Numbered from the stretch's first letter, positions 1-9,017 are shown. The stretch: 64,000 bases of DNA from an uncultured Rikenella sp. (GCA_964470815.1 CAYYEH010000005.1:6073-70072), one strand, 5' to 3'. The notes: generated by a model from the letters alone, not told the origin. A program made the numbers and translations.

Positions 1-341
1 CTGTAGATCAGCTTCCAGAACTGCCTTTTCTCGCGGAACAGATTGAAAACCTTCCGGATAAAAAGCTCAAACTCCTCCGTGGTAAGCAGGCTGTCATGGT
101 CAGGATTGAAGCTGGTGTATATATCAGCCAGGGAACGGTTAATGATAGCGGCGAGGAGGTCCTCCTTGCTCTTGAAATAGTTGTACATCAATCCCTTTGA
201 AATACCGGCATGCCTGGCTATCTGGGTGATGGTTGTAGACTGGAACCCCTGGTTGGAGAATTGTTCCAGTGCAGTGTCCATGATGAGGCTTTTCTTCTCT
301 TCCCTCATCCCCTCAAACTGATCCGGAGTTCTTGGTGACAT
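1..341 (-). CDS. TetR/AcrR family transcriptional regulator (C-terminal part runs off the window)
   Basis: Own translation of the minus strand from the ATG at 341 gives MSPRTPDQFEGMREEKKSLIMDTALEQFSNQGFQSTTITQIARHAGISKGLMYNYFKSKEDLLAAIINRSL... This is a typical N-terminal TetR helix-turn-helix. It is absent from the ORF track because the frame is open at position 1. Confidence 0.75.
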   Translation of the reverse strand, partial: MSPRTPDQFEGMREEKKSLIMDTALEQFSNQGFQSTTITQIARHAGISKGLMYNYFKSKEDLLAAIINRSLADIYTSFNPDHDSLLTTEEFELFIRKVFNLFREKRQFWKLIY

Positions 342-579
342 CTTCTTCTTTTTTTGAATGACCGGTTAACCAATAGTTCCCCCTATAAAAAACCGTTTTT
401 ATGACTGAACGGTCGGTCAAAGATAAAACATTATTTATGAAAAAGCAAATTTTTGAAAAGAATTTTAAGTATGTCCCGTCCAAACTTCAGCGGAGGCGAT
501 TCATTCAGCAATAATTTGTTTGTTAACAATGAATTATATCCGGAAAATTTGAGCCTGATGACAACGAATGAAAGCCGGG

Positions 580-1731
580 TTATAAACGCCCTAGCCTTTC
601 AATCAGTTCATTAACAGATACCACCTCGATACCTTTGGTCATGGGCCATCCTCTGTCCACTGGTGCAGCGACAAAGACATGATCTGGTTTTATGGTCTCA
701 ATTGCGGAATAGTTCCCTCTTGTCAGTGTTGGGGAAGGGGTAGCCTTGCACTCAATGGCTATTCGTTTATTGTTTATCTCTGTTACAAAATCGATTTCAG
801 CCCCGTTACTGGTACTGAAGAAATGACAATTTGCTTCCCTGAAGTTCCCTTTCAGATTAGCAAGCACCAACGCCTCCCACAGAGAGCCAAAAACCGGGTG
901 ACCGGAAATCTGATCAAAGCCCGAAAGCTGAAGTAATCTGGTTGTCAAACCATTGTCGGCTATGTAAACTTTAGGAGCTTTGACAATCCGCTTTCCGAAG
1001 TTTTTATAGTACGGTGGAACAATCTCCAGCATATATGTTCCTTCAAGGAGATCAACATAGTTTTTGACTGTTGTATTGCTTACTCCCAGTGAATTCCCAA
1101 GTGAAGAGTAATTAACTGTTTGTCCGTTATTATGTGCCAGCATCTGCCACAGTCTTCTCATTGCTGATGGTGCGATCCCTGCCCAGAATAAAAGATCGCG
1201 TTCAATGAAGGTTGTGATAAAATCATCGATCCAGGCTGCTGACATTTTTTCATTTTTATTAAGTAAGCTCCTGGGAAAACCACCTCTCAGCATGTAGGTC
1301 TCCAGATTGTAATCTGTGTAAATCTCATTCCACAGTAAAGGAGTAAGCTTTCGGTATGAAATTCTTCCGGCCAATGATTCCGACGACTGTCTGAGCAGTT
1401 CACGTGAAGCAGACCCCAGGATCAGGAATTTGCCATTCTGATGCCACTCGTCGGCAAGGCTTCTTATAAGGGGAAATAAGTCGGGCTTTCTCTGAATCTC
1501 ATCCAGGATAATCAGGTTATTCCTCTGTGATGAAAGATACCATTCAGGATTATCAAGTTTTGCCAGATCCGAGGGCTTTTCAAGATCCAGGAAAACAGAA
1601 TTATCCATTTCACCTGTAATGTGCCTTGCAAGGGTCGATTTTCCGCATTGTCTCGGACCAATTATTGCTGTCACAGGCACATTCTCAAGTGAAAGTCTGA
1701 TTTCACCTTCAAGCAATCTATTTATATACAT
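580..1731 (-). CDS. AAA+ ATPase with C-terminal DUF4143-type domain
   Basis: 383-aa ORF with Walker A GPRQCGKSTL, Walker B-like LIILDEIQ, and the overall AAA_14/DUF4143 architecture. Confidence 0.8.
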   Translation of the reverse strand: MYINRLLEGEIRLSLENVPVTAIIGPRQCGKSTLARHITGEMDNSVFLDLEKPSDLAKLDNPEWYLSSQRNNLIILDEIQRKPDLFPLIRSLADEWHQNGKFLILGSASRELLRQSSESLAGRISYRKLTPLLWNEIYTDYNLETYMLRGGFPRSLLNKNEKMSAAWIDDFITTFIERDLLFWAGIAPSAMRRLWQMLAHNNGQTVNYSSLGNSLGVSNTTVKNYVDLLEGTYMLEIVPPYYKNFGKRIVKAPKVYIADNGLTTRLLQLSGFDQISGHPVFGSLWEALVLANLKGNFREANCHFFSTSNGAEIDFVTEINNKRIAIECKATPSPTLTRGNYSAIETIKPDHVFVAAPVDRGWPMTKGIEVVSVNELIERLGRL

Positions 1732-1930
1732 GGCAATTTATCTGTTAATGCAAATTTAAACCAAATATTTTAATTTGCATGATTAATTACAATATATTCA
1801 ATTATTGGCTAATTCAGTAATTCTTTATAAATTTAGTGGTATTTCATTAGTCGACAATGAATTGCGGCGAGGCGAATGACAGCGAAGCCCAATGAGGGCT
1901 GACAGCCAGACCTATATGCTTCCATTAATT

Positions 1931-1960
1931 AAAAAAATCCGGGAGAGATCATCTCCCGGA
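1931..1960 (-). terminator. Rho-independent terminator of the blaI-blaR1-like operon
   Basis: Perfect 9-bp stem TCCGGGAGA (1938-1946) / TCTCCCGGA (1952-1960) with a 5-nt loop. On the minus strand it is followed by T7 (plus-strand A-run 1931-1937). It lies 24 nt after the stop at 1985. Confidence 0.65.
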
Positions 1961-1984
1961 CTTTTAAATTAAGACAGTACCGGA

Positions 1985-4069
1985 TTAAAATAGCTCCTGC
2001 GTTTTCTCACCGGTGGATAGCGTGAAGGAGATCGGGACAGAATACCATACGTTGACAGGCTTACCACCCTGCGTTCCGGGTGTCCAGTCGGGAAGAAGAC
2101 TCATTACCCTTACTGCTTCTGCATCAAGCAGGGGGTCAATTCCCCTTACAACTGTGACATCTTCGACTGACCCATCAGAAGTGACAACAAACCTCAGGAT
2201 GACTTTTCCCTGTATACCCCGTTCCCTGGCTTCAGGCGGATAGCTGACATTTTCATATATGAATCTGAACAGGGCTTCATCACCACCCGGATATGCCGGC
2301 ATTTTTTCAACCACAACAAATATTTCCCCTCCGCCCACCTTGTCAGGCAGCGAGAATTTAGCAGTGATCTCGGAGGTAAATGGTTCATTCATGCCCGGAT
2401 TCTTCGGAGGCTCCCACAGTGGAGAGGTTTTGATCACTTCTGCCAGGGCATTGGCAAGAACAGGATTGGTTGTTCCTTTGGGTTTTACATTGCTTACCGT
2501 ACCGTCCGGCTCAACAGTAAAGCTGACATGAGCCCAGCCCTCTATTCCGGCTGCAGTGGCCTCCGGAGGATATTTGACGCGGCTTATCACCCAATCGTTA
2601 AACGCAGTATAAAAACTGCCACTGAATGTCGGAAAATCGTTTCGTGATGTCCTGCGAAGAGGAACAGTCATGCCCAGTTCTCTGGCTTTTTCCCTGGAAT
2701 ATATTTCCATAACGCCGGCAGCTCCCTTCTCTCCATACTTTTCCCTGGCCTCATTAAATGTCAGGGCCTTTGCTATTCCCAAATCATTCCCCATCTTCTC
2801 CATAACCTCAGAGAGGGTAAGATCAGTAATTACGCCATCTACGACTACCAGCTGCTTCGGCTTCTGTTTTGCTGAAGCATCCGTCTTCACTGTGGAGGGG
2901 TCAACATAATCGGGGTCAGGTTCCATCCTGACTATCATCTCCTTGTCAGTAACAGGATTAAGCGGCAGATACTTATAGCCTTTATAAGTAAAAACCAGTA
3001 TCACATTTTCAGGAATGCCTTTGAATTCAAAGCGGCCTGAAGCATCGGTACTCACTGAAAGGGAGGTTCCGGATACATTAACATTTACTCCGGGGAACGG
3101 TGTGCCGTCTTCACGGTAAACTACTCCCCTGACAGTATTCTGGATCAGGGGTGCAGGCTGACTGATAATTAACTCAGACATACCTGTTGTTTCCTGATAG
3201 ACATACCTGGGAGATGCAAATGCAAACAAAATTCCTGCCGTAAGAGGCAACACAAGAAGCAGTTTCAGCTTCCTGTATGGAGAATAAGTTTTCTTTTTCA
3301 TCATTTCAAATCTGTTTGTGTAAAACGAAAAGTTGAATGAATTTGAGAGGCTGATCAGCCTGGCGTTGAAAACCTGGTTGAGAAGAGCCGCCCTGTATCC
3401 TGCCGGGTCAGATGTGTTCTGCAGAGCCTCCTCGTCGGCAAGATTTTCGTGATTCTGCCTGACCAGCGCGGAGTAGATCCATACGAACGGATTCATCCAT
3501 TGTATCAGGCTCATCATCTCAACAAGCAGGAGATCGAACCAGTGTTTCTGTCTGAGGTGCACCATTTCATGGTTCAGGATCTCCCTGGCCTCCCGCTCAC
3601 TCACTGAAGGATTGATGAAAACATAATTGAAAAATGAGAAAGCGGAGGTATATTTTTCAGTTCTGACCATCACGGCATCACCTGTCCTGATCACAGATCC
3701 TGTCCTTAACGCATGATAAAGCCTAAAGAAATGGAGCAGGGTCCGGACCAGAAAAAGAATCATTCCACAGGCATAGACCATCAGGAAAAGACCAGCGGGG
3801 GATTTCTGATCATGATGCACCGTATCAACTTCAGGCACCGGTGTCTGAGCCATCGATGCAACCTGCGTTTCCTGGACCACCGGCGCCGGCAGTTCAACCC
3901 TGTAATGCAAAGTTACGAAGGGAAGCATGAGAGATAGCAGAATCCCGGCAACCAGGTATGCCCTCTTAAGCCTTAAGAACCTCTCATTCCTGAGAAAAAG
4001 AAGATATATCAGCGCAAAGCCTGCCAGCCATGCAGCCGACTTTAAAATGTAAATTGCAGCCTGTTCCAT
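1985..4069 (-). CDS. M56 (BlaR1-like) membrane metallopeptidase/sensor fused to a CarboxypepD_reg-like domain and two TonB C-terminal domains
   Basis: 694-aa ORF with N-terminal TM helices and an HEMVH zinc motif. It has a VRGVVYREDGTPFPGVNVNVSG beta-sandwich and two TonB_C-like modules (YPPEATAAGIEGWAHVSF... and YPPEARERGIQGKVILRF...). Confidence 0.85.
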   Translation of the reverse strand: MEQAAIYILKSAAWLAGFALIYLLFLRNERFLRLKRAYLVAGILLSLMLPFVTLHYRVELPAPVVQETQVASMAQTPVPEVDTVHHDQKSPAGLFLMVYACGMILFLVRTLLHFFRLYHALRTGSVIRTGDAVMVRTEKYTSAFSFFNYVFINPSVSEREAREILNHEMVHLRQKHWFDLLLVEMMSLIQWMNPFVWIYSALVRQNHENLADEEALQNTSDPAGYRAALLNQVFNARLISLSNSFNFSFYTNRFEMMKKKTYSPYRKLKLLLVLPLTAGILFAFASPRYVYQETTGMSELIISQPAPLIQNTVRGVVYREDGTPFPGVNVNVSGTSLSVSTDASGRFEFKGIPENVILVFTYKGYKYLPLNPVTDKEMIVRMEPDPDYVDPSTVKTDASAKQKPKQLVVVDGVITDLTLSEVMEKMGNDLGIAKALTFNEAREKYGEKGAAGVMEIYSREKARELGMTVPLRRTSRNDFPTFSGSFYTAFNDWVISRVKYPPEATAAGIEGWAHVSFTVEPDGTVSNVKPKGTTNPVLANALAEVIKTSPLWEPPKNPGMNEPFTSEITAKFSLPDKVGGGEIFVVVEKMPAYPGGDEALFRFIYENVSYPPEARERGIQGKVILRFVVTSDGSVEDVTVVRGIDPLLDAEAVRVMSLLPDWTPGTQGGKPVNVWYSVPISFTLSTGEKTQELF

Positions 4070-4072
4070 ATT

Positions 4073-4447
4073 TTATTCCTGTTGGTCATCGTTTAGCTCT
4101 TCCCTGGCCTCCTTAAGTATCCTGTCCAGGTCCTTTACCGAAAGATTCTTCTCCCTTGCAAAGAATGATGTCATTGCAGGAAATGAATTGTTGAAGTACC
4201 CCTCAAGCAGCCCGAACAGCTGATGCTTTGAGTACTCCCGTTTCGAAACAAGCGGATAATAAAGGAATACATTCGCATAGGCCCGGTGATCCACATAACC
4301 CTTCTTTTCCAGCACTTTCAGTACTGTCGAAATTGTGTTTCTTGCCGGCTTCGGATCGTCAAATTTTTCCCTGATATCCTTCACGACTCCCTCTTCCAGA
4401 TCCCATAAAATCTGCATTATCTGTTCTTCAGCCTTCGTCAGTTGCAT
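4073..4447 (-). CDS. BlaI/MecI/CopY family transcriptional repressor
   Basis: MQLTKAEEQIMQILWDLEEGVVKDIREKF... is a winged-helix penicillinase-repressor fold. The stop lies 3 nt upstream of the M56 start. The ORF-track start at 4507 is a TTG, so the ATG at 4447 is preferred. Confidence 0.85.
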   Translation of the reverse strand: MQLTKAEEQIMQILWDLEEGVVKDIREKFDDPKPARNTISTVLKVLEKKGYVDHRAYANVFLYYPLVSKREYSKHQLFGLLEGYFNNSFPAMTSFFAREKNLSVKDLDRILKEAREELNDDQQE

Positions 4448-4517
4448 GCTTTCAATTCTTAATAATATTGTGTCAATGCCCGCTGCCGGACACCGCTTCT
4501 CAATCAATCCTTCAATG

Positions 4518-4582
4518 CAAATATACGACTATATTTATAGACGCGCAAGTTTTTATGAGTTTTTCGTCTATTTTTATAGTCA
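4518..4582 (-). promoter_or_regulatory. Candidate blaI promoter -7 box plus two 18-bp operator-like sites
   Basis: The minus-strand TATATTTG (4525-4518) is an exact match to the Bacteroidota TAnnTTTG -7 motif. Site 1 is CGACTATATTTATAGACG (4526-4543). Site 2 is CGTCTATTTTTATAGTCA (4565-4582). The reverse complement of site 2 shares GACTATA-N4-ATAGACG with site 1. Confidence 0.35.
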
Positions 4583-4697
4583 TTAGCGTAACGGGGTTAT
4601 TTATAATGACTTAAGTGAATACAATCCAAATCGATCAGGAAAATTGAATTTGCTCAGTTAATTGTGATTATACCATAATCATCAGAGCAGGAAGTCT

Positions 4698-5537
4698 TCA
4701 AAATGTTTCAAGCAGCCTGACAAGCTTTTCCCGTTCTGTGCTGCCGGGGGCTGACCGCAGAAGGTCATTGAGCCAGTTTCCGTACATGGGATTGGGCAAC
4801 ACAATGTATTTTGTGCCGAAGAGCCGGCGGTCGGCATCAACAGCTTCAAAACCAAGGTCAGGTCCCCGTTTCTCGTAGATGCCGCTGTGGTCGGCAAGGT
4901 TGTCTCCTACGAGCAGCAGTATCTCATAATGCTTTTCTATCAAAGCCCGCCTTTCCACTTTTGAGGAGGTTGTTTCCTTCAGCAGCATATGGGCGCTGTC
5001 TGCATTGACAAATCCCCATTCTGCCATGTTTTCAATTGTGGGCCCCATCTCCTGTACGGTTCTGTTTGAGACATAGAATACCTCCACCCCCATTGAATCG
5101 GCATACCTGGTGAAATCCACAGCGCCCGGGAGGGGTCTGGCCCGGGCAAGCTCAACCCACCGGAACCAGTCGTCATTGTTGAACGACTTCTTCTCAAGCA
5201 CCTGCCATCCCTGGAAAGGGGAATTGTCGAGCAGTGTCTCGTCGATGTCAAGGACCACCGCGGGAGGTTTTCTGTCTCCTGAAAGTACAGTGCCTTCCGG
5301 TGCCGGAGTGCCCGTCACAGGTGTGGTGTGGCCTGCCAATGCAAGGTTCTGTGTAATCGCGGTCTCCGCATTTCTGAAGCACTGGTAGTAAAGGGCCCGC
5401 ATCTCGGCCGATTTCTGATACCACAGCGTCGCAAGTATCAAATGATCCTGATCCTCAGAAACAGGTGCGGTTTCTTGCTTCACAATGGCACAGGAGGCCA
5501 GCATTATGATGACTGTAACAATAATGAGCTTTTTCAT
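4698..5537 (-). CDS. Class C acid phosphatase / 5'-nucleotidase, lipoprotein e(P4) family (HAD superfamily)
   Basis: Lipobox MLASC, HAD motif I VVLDIDETLLDN, FYVSNR, and GDNLADH. Confidence 0.85.
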   Translation of the reverse strand: MKKLIIVTVIIMLASCAIVKQETAPVSEDQDHLILATLWYQKSAEMRALYYQCFRNAETAITQNLALAGHTTPVTGTPAPEGTVLSGDRKPPAVVLDIDETLLDNSPFQGWQVLEKKSFNNDDWFRWVELARARPLPGAVDFTRYADSMGVEVFYVSNRTVQEMGPTIENMAEWGFVNADSAHMLLKETTSSKVERRALIEKHYEILLLVGDNLADHSGIYEKRGPDLGFEAVDADRRLFGTKYIVLPNPMYGNWLNDLLRSAPGSTEREKLVRLLETF

Positions 5538-5589
5538 CCGTTTTTATTCTGTTGAAAATAAACCAATTGTCGCAACCGGTCCGATTTTG

Positions 5590-5612
5590 TTTGTTAATGC
5601 CTAATTAACAAA
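5590..5612. promoter_or_regulatory. 9-bp inverted repeat in a divergent promoter region
   Basis: TTTGTTAAT (5590-5598), spacer GCCTA, ATTAACAAA (5604-5612). It sits between the divergent starts at 5537 and 5686. No function can be assigned from sequence. Confidence 0.25.
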
Positions 5613-5685
5613 TAATTGGCCGATGCGACTATAATGTTTGAAAGATATTTAACTTTATCGGAACTATACCAAAAAGCAACCTGCA

Positions 5686-7272
5686 ATGTCAACCTTAAAG
5701 CTGATGCTGGGGATGATCCCCTCAACCTCCAAAATTGAACAGGAAGAGAAGGCTCTGATTGCCGAGTATGAAAAAATGATTGCCTTCGCCGGCTCGGAAG
5801 CACTGGCAAAATACACACGGCTTCACGAGAGCGTCAACTCTGCCGGATTCAGGCAGAAGAAGAAGGAGATAGAATCACTTGCCTACAAAGGCTCGGAGGA
5901 GCATGCCAGGGAAACAGAATATTTCGGCCTGAAAAAAGCAAAAGACATTGTATCATATTTCAAAACCGAGGGGAGCGCTCTCCTGAAAAACTTCCAGTCG
6001 CTTGACGGATCATCAAGGATCAAGGATATCGAAGACCTGCAGCTCTTCGTGCAGTCGCCTGAATTCAAACAGAAGGAGAGGATGAAGCCCGTCACTTTCA
6101 AAGATACCGAAGAATATGGTAAATGGCTGGAATTCAAGAAACTGAAGGGCGACAAGGAGGTGAAGAAAAATCTCAATCCGGAGAAGGTGAAGAGATTCTC
6201 GGAGCTTCAGGCCCTGGTCACCTCATCAGCATTCCTGCTGAAGAAGAATATGAAGCCGGTTACCTTCAAGGACACTCCCGAATATCAGAAACTGCAGGAG
6301 TTCAAAACCAAAAAGGGGGCATCGGATATTGTCAGCTTTTACAAATTCCGTGACTCTAAGGAATATCACAACTGGGTTCAGGTCAAGGATTCTGCACGGC
6401 TGAAAAGATTTTATGAACTACAGGAGTACCTGAAAACAAAGGAGTTCAACGAAAGGAAGGAGTACCTGCTTGACAAGCGCCGGTTTGAAAAGAGCGAGAT
6501 GTTCAAAGAACTGAAAGAGTACGAAACGCTTAAAAACTCGCCGGACATCAAGTGGTATTTCAGCGTAAAGGATTCGAACAAGTTTGATATACTTAAAAAC
6601 AGGGTGCTGACCTTCAGCGATGAATTCGACGGAACGGCACCCGACAGCAGCAAGTGGCTCAACAAATACTTCTGGGGCGAAAAACTTCTGCATGACAGTT
6701 ACAGCATCGCCACAGACCTGCAGTGCTATACCCCGTCTGACAATTTCGAGGTACGTCATGGTGTGCTGCGTATCATCACAAAACCCCAGAAGACTACAGG
6801 CAAGGTCTGGGATCCGACAAAAGGATTCTATACAAAGGAATTTGCCTTCACTTCCGGAATTGTGAACACAGGTGCATCATTCAGGCAGAAGTACGGCACA
6901 TTCTCAGCCAAGATAAAGCTTACAGACCATCATGTCCGCAACGCCTTCTGGCTGATCGGTGACAAAATCACACCCCATGTAGATATTTGCAGGTCAGGAC
7001 ATGGCAAGGTATGGTTTGATCTCTTCACCACAAACGGCAACCACCTGAAGAAGAACATAGGATCAAAGTATCTTTCTGATTTCTATATCTATACCCTGGA
7101 TTGGACTTCTGATGCCCTCGTATGGAAGATAAACGGTGTCGAGGTGATGCGCCAGACCACCGGTGTACCCCAGGAACCGATGTACATCAACCTTGCCGGC
7201 GGCGTTGACAAACCAGTGGGTGGCATCTCATCGATGGAGGTTGACTGGGTCAGGGTATACCAGCCAAAATAA
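5686..7272 (+). CDS. GH16-fold (concanavalin-like) protein with repeat-rich N-terminal half; catalytic motif degenerate
   Basis: The C-terminal ~220 aa look GH16-like (LTFSDEFDG..., NAFWLIGD, YTLDWTSDALVWKINGVEV, VDWVRVYQ). The N-terminus has no signal peptide. See the finding for the lost ExDxxE motif. Confidence 0.7.
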   Translation: MSTLKLMLGMIPSTSKIEQEEKALIAEYEKMIAFAGSEALAKYTRLHESVNSAGFRQKKKEIESLAYKGSEEHARETEYFGLKKAKDIVSYFKTEGSALLKNFQSLDGSSRIKDIEDLQLFVQSPEFKQKERMKPVTFKDTEEYGKWLEFKKLKGDKEVKKNLNPEKVKRFSELQALVTSSAFLLKKNMKPVTFKDTPEYQKLQEFKTKKGASDIVSFYKFRDSKEYHNWVQVKDSARLKRFYELQEYLKTKEFNERKEYLLDKRRFEKSEMFKELKEYETLKNSPDIKWYFSVKDSNKFDILKNRVLTFSDEFDGTAPDSSKWLNKYFWGEKLLHDSYSIATDLQCYTPSDNFEVRHGVLRIITKPQKTTGKVWDPTKGFYTKEFAFTSGIVNTGASFRQKYGTFSAKIKLTDHHVRNAFWLIGDKITPHVDICRSGHGKVWFDLFTTNGNHLKKNIGSKYLSDFYIYTLDWTSDALVWKINGVEVMRQTTGVPQEPMYINLAGGVDKPVGGISSMEVDWVRVYQPK

Positions 7273-7295
7273 AGGACTGACATGATAAGTTTATG

Positions 7296-7323
7296 AAGGC
7301 TGTCCCGCCAGGGCAGCCTTTTT
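7296..7323 (+). terminator. Rho-independent terminator
   Basis: AAGGCTGTCCC (7296-7306), loop GCCA, GGGCAGCCTT (7311-7320) with one bulge. A T-run to 7323 follows. It lies 24 nt after the stop at 7272. Confidence 0.55.
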
Positions 7324-7399
7324 CAATCCGGCAATCCGGAAGGAATTCTGTAACTTTCCTGAAGATTTTACTTCTGTATTTGTTTTTTTTGCCTTGCCT

Positions 7400-7426
7400 G
7401 TAACATACGGGATGTGACGGCCGTCT
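7400..7426 (+). promoter_or_regulatory. ECF-type promoter candidate (GTAAC-N17-CGTCT)
   Basis: GTAAC (7400-7404), 17 nt, then CGTCT (7422-7426), 26 nt upstream of the ECF sigma ATG. This matches the general ECF pattern of AAC in the -35 and CGT in the -10, and such promoters are commonly autoregulated. Confidence 0.4.
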
Positions 7427-7451
7427 TTATGATGTCAGTGCATTGACCTGA

Positions 7452-7937
7452 ATGACCGTAAAAGAGTACAATAACGCCGTAAGGGAGTTCGGTGACCATG
7501 TCTACCGGTTTATTCTCCGCAGTATCAGGGACAGCCACAGGGCTGACGATATCGTACAGGATACATACGAGAAGTTGTGGCGGTGCGTTACTGAAATAGA
7601 GTACGGCGCTGCCAGATCATGGCTCTTCTCCACCGCTTACAACCGGATGATTGATGTAATAAGGAAAGATTCCAGGCTTGTTGATCTTGAGTGCTATGAT
7701 GACAGCTCCCTCTTTGCGGAAGAGAGCAGCAGCGACCTGAACGAGGTGCTTCACAAGGCGCTGGAGACACTCCCTGCAGCGCAGCGTTCGGTCATTCTGC
7801 TTCGTGACTATGAAGGATACAACTATAAGGAGATCGGTGAAATAACCGGTTTATCCGAGGCACAGGTCAAAACTTATATTTTCAGGGGACGTATGGCTCT
7901 CAGAAACTATCTTGTAAAGACATCGGTATGGCAATGA
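7452..7937 (+). CDS. RNA polymerase ECF sigma-70 factor
   Basis: 161 aa with region 2 (DIVQDTYEKLW) and region 4 (VILLRDYEGYNYKEIGEITGLSEAQVKTYIFRGRMALR). Confidence 0.9.
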   Translation: MTVKEYNNAVREFGDHVYRFILRSIRDSHRADDIVQDTYEKLWRCVTEIEYGAARSWLFSTAYNRMIDVIRKDSRLVDLECYDDSSLFAEESSSDLNEVLHKALETLPAAQRSVILLRDYEGYNYKEIGEITGLSEAQVKTYIFRGRMALRNYLVKTSVWQ

Positions 7938-8959
7938 CGGAAGATTTGGAATTCCCCCGGCTGACACCTTCCGGCGAACGGATGCCGCCAGGTCACAGTC
8001 TTCTCCGCAGACCGGAAGAGCTGACCGATGAACAGTTTGACCTGCTGGCAGCAGCATGGGCAGAAGATGCACTTTCCGGAGATGCGCTGACCGAGCTGGA
8101 ATCGGTGATTGCTTCCGCTCCGGGTAAAAGGGAACGTGCCAATAGCTTCCACAGCCTCCGTCTTGCACCTGGAAATGAAAACTGGCCCGGAATGAGAGGG
8201 TCTCTCAGGAATTCACCCGCAAAAACAGCGCTGAGGCGAACAATCATACCGGCCATTCTCGCAGCAGCTGCAATGCTTGTGCTTATTCTGTACGGTCCGG
8301 CAGGGGCAAGGCTGAAAACCCTGAACAACCCGGCCCGCACAACCGGAACGACAACCATGACAGTTGCAGAGATTCCCGGGGCACTTCCGGTTATTAGAAA
8401 TGACGGTCCTGCGACAACCAGCCATCAGGCCTTAACAGCGGTCGCTTCAAGAAAAAACAGCATCAACGGTAATCAGGTCATCAACGGCGATCAGGTCATC
8501 CCTGGCGATAACGCCATGTCTGCAAATCAGTTACTTGCTGCCAGCCAGGTCATCTATTCAGATCAGGTTACTTCCCGGGATAGAACAGAATCCACAATAG
8601 ACCGAACCACGCCACCGGTACCCCTGCATGGCTATGCAGTTATACCTGCTGTTGGATCAGCGACTGAGATGAGCCTGGCAACCATCACTCCGGCAGGCGT
8701 CAGCCGTTCAGTAATCCTGAGGGAAGAAAAGAACTGGATGCTCAGGAGCATCTCCTTCCTGGCAAGCGCGGTGACAGGCAGGGAGAAACAGATTGACGGT
8801 TATATGATTGCAAACGGCTGTATCAACGGAATAAATACCATCCTCGGATGGGAGATGGAGCTGGATCAGGTAAGCAACAAGTCCGGCGACCCGGTGGCAG
8901 TGAGTTTCAGCTCTTCACTCCTCTCTTTTACAAAACCTTTGAACAAATCCACGCCGTGA
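7928..8959 (+). CDS. Putative membrane anti-sigma factor
   Basis: It overlaps the sigma stop (ATGGCAATGA). It has a ~110-aa cytoplasmic N-terminus, one TM helix (IIPAILAAAAMLVLILYG) and an extracytoplasmic C-terminus. The call rests on position and topology only; no recognisable ZAS motif is present. Confidence 0.5.
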   Translation: MAMTEDLEFPRLTPSGERMPPGHSLLRRPEELTDEQFDLLAAAWAEDALSGDALTELESVIASAPGKRERANSFHSLRLAPGNENWPGMRGSLRNSPAKTALRRTIIPAILAAAAMLVLILYGPAGARLKTLNNPARTTGTTTMTVAEIPGALPVIRNDGPATTSHQALTAVASRKNSINGNQVINGDQVIPGDNAMSANQLLAASQVIYSDQVTSRDRTESTIDRTTPPVPLHGYAVIPAVGSATEMSLATITPAGVSRSVILREEKNWMLRSISFLASAVTGREKQIDGYMIANGCINGINTILGWEMELDQVSNKSGDPVAVSFSSSLLSFTKPLNKSTP

Positions 8960-9017
8960 GTGTAACTTTCCGGCAGTGATGCTCGTCACAGCATTAAACA
9001 ACAAAAATTTTCAATCC

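Noticed and set aside
364-371. GGTTAACC palindrome 23 nt upstream of the TetR start as the TetR operator.
   Set aside because: An 8-bp palindrome is too short to be significant on its own, and there is no second copy or extended symmetry.
1396-1411. Additional weak parS-like 16-mers: CAGTTCACGTGAAGCA (1396-1411), ATATTCACGTGAAAGC (62531-62546), and half-sites TGTTCCAC (around 25470) and TGTTTCAC (around 30745).
   Set aside because: They match only 10-12 of 16 positions or a single half-site. They are not called as parS without ChIP or genome-wide statistics, and are noted under the CACGTG finding.
481-1910. Short similar strings on both sides of the DUF4143 ATPase, as possible direct repeats of a mobile element.
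   Set aside because: The matches are only 10-11 bp, are not collinear (different spacing), and part of the left copy overlaps the gene's own 3' end. There is no transposase or integrase and no clear target-site duplication.
4448-4507. N-terminal extensions given by the ORF track: 4507, 8976, 14725, 29244, 30713, 33549, 35698, 43987 and 63028.
   Set aside because: These start at TTG or GTG codons or overlap the upstream gene. In each case a downstream ATG gives a canonical N-terminus (signal peptide or conserved family start), so the shorter models were used.
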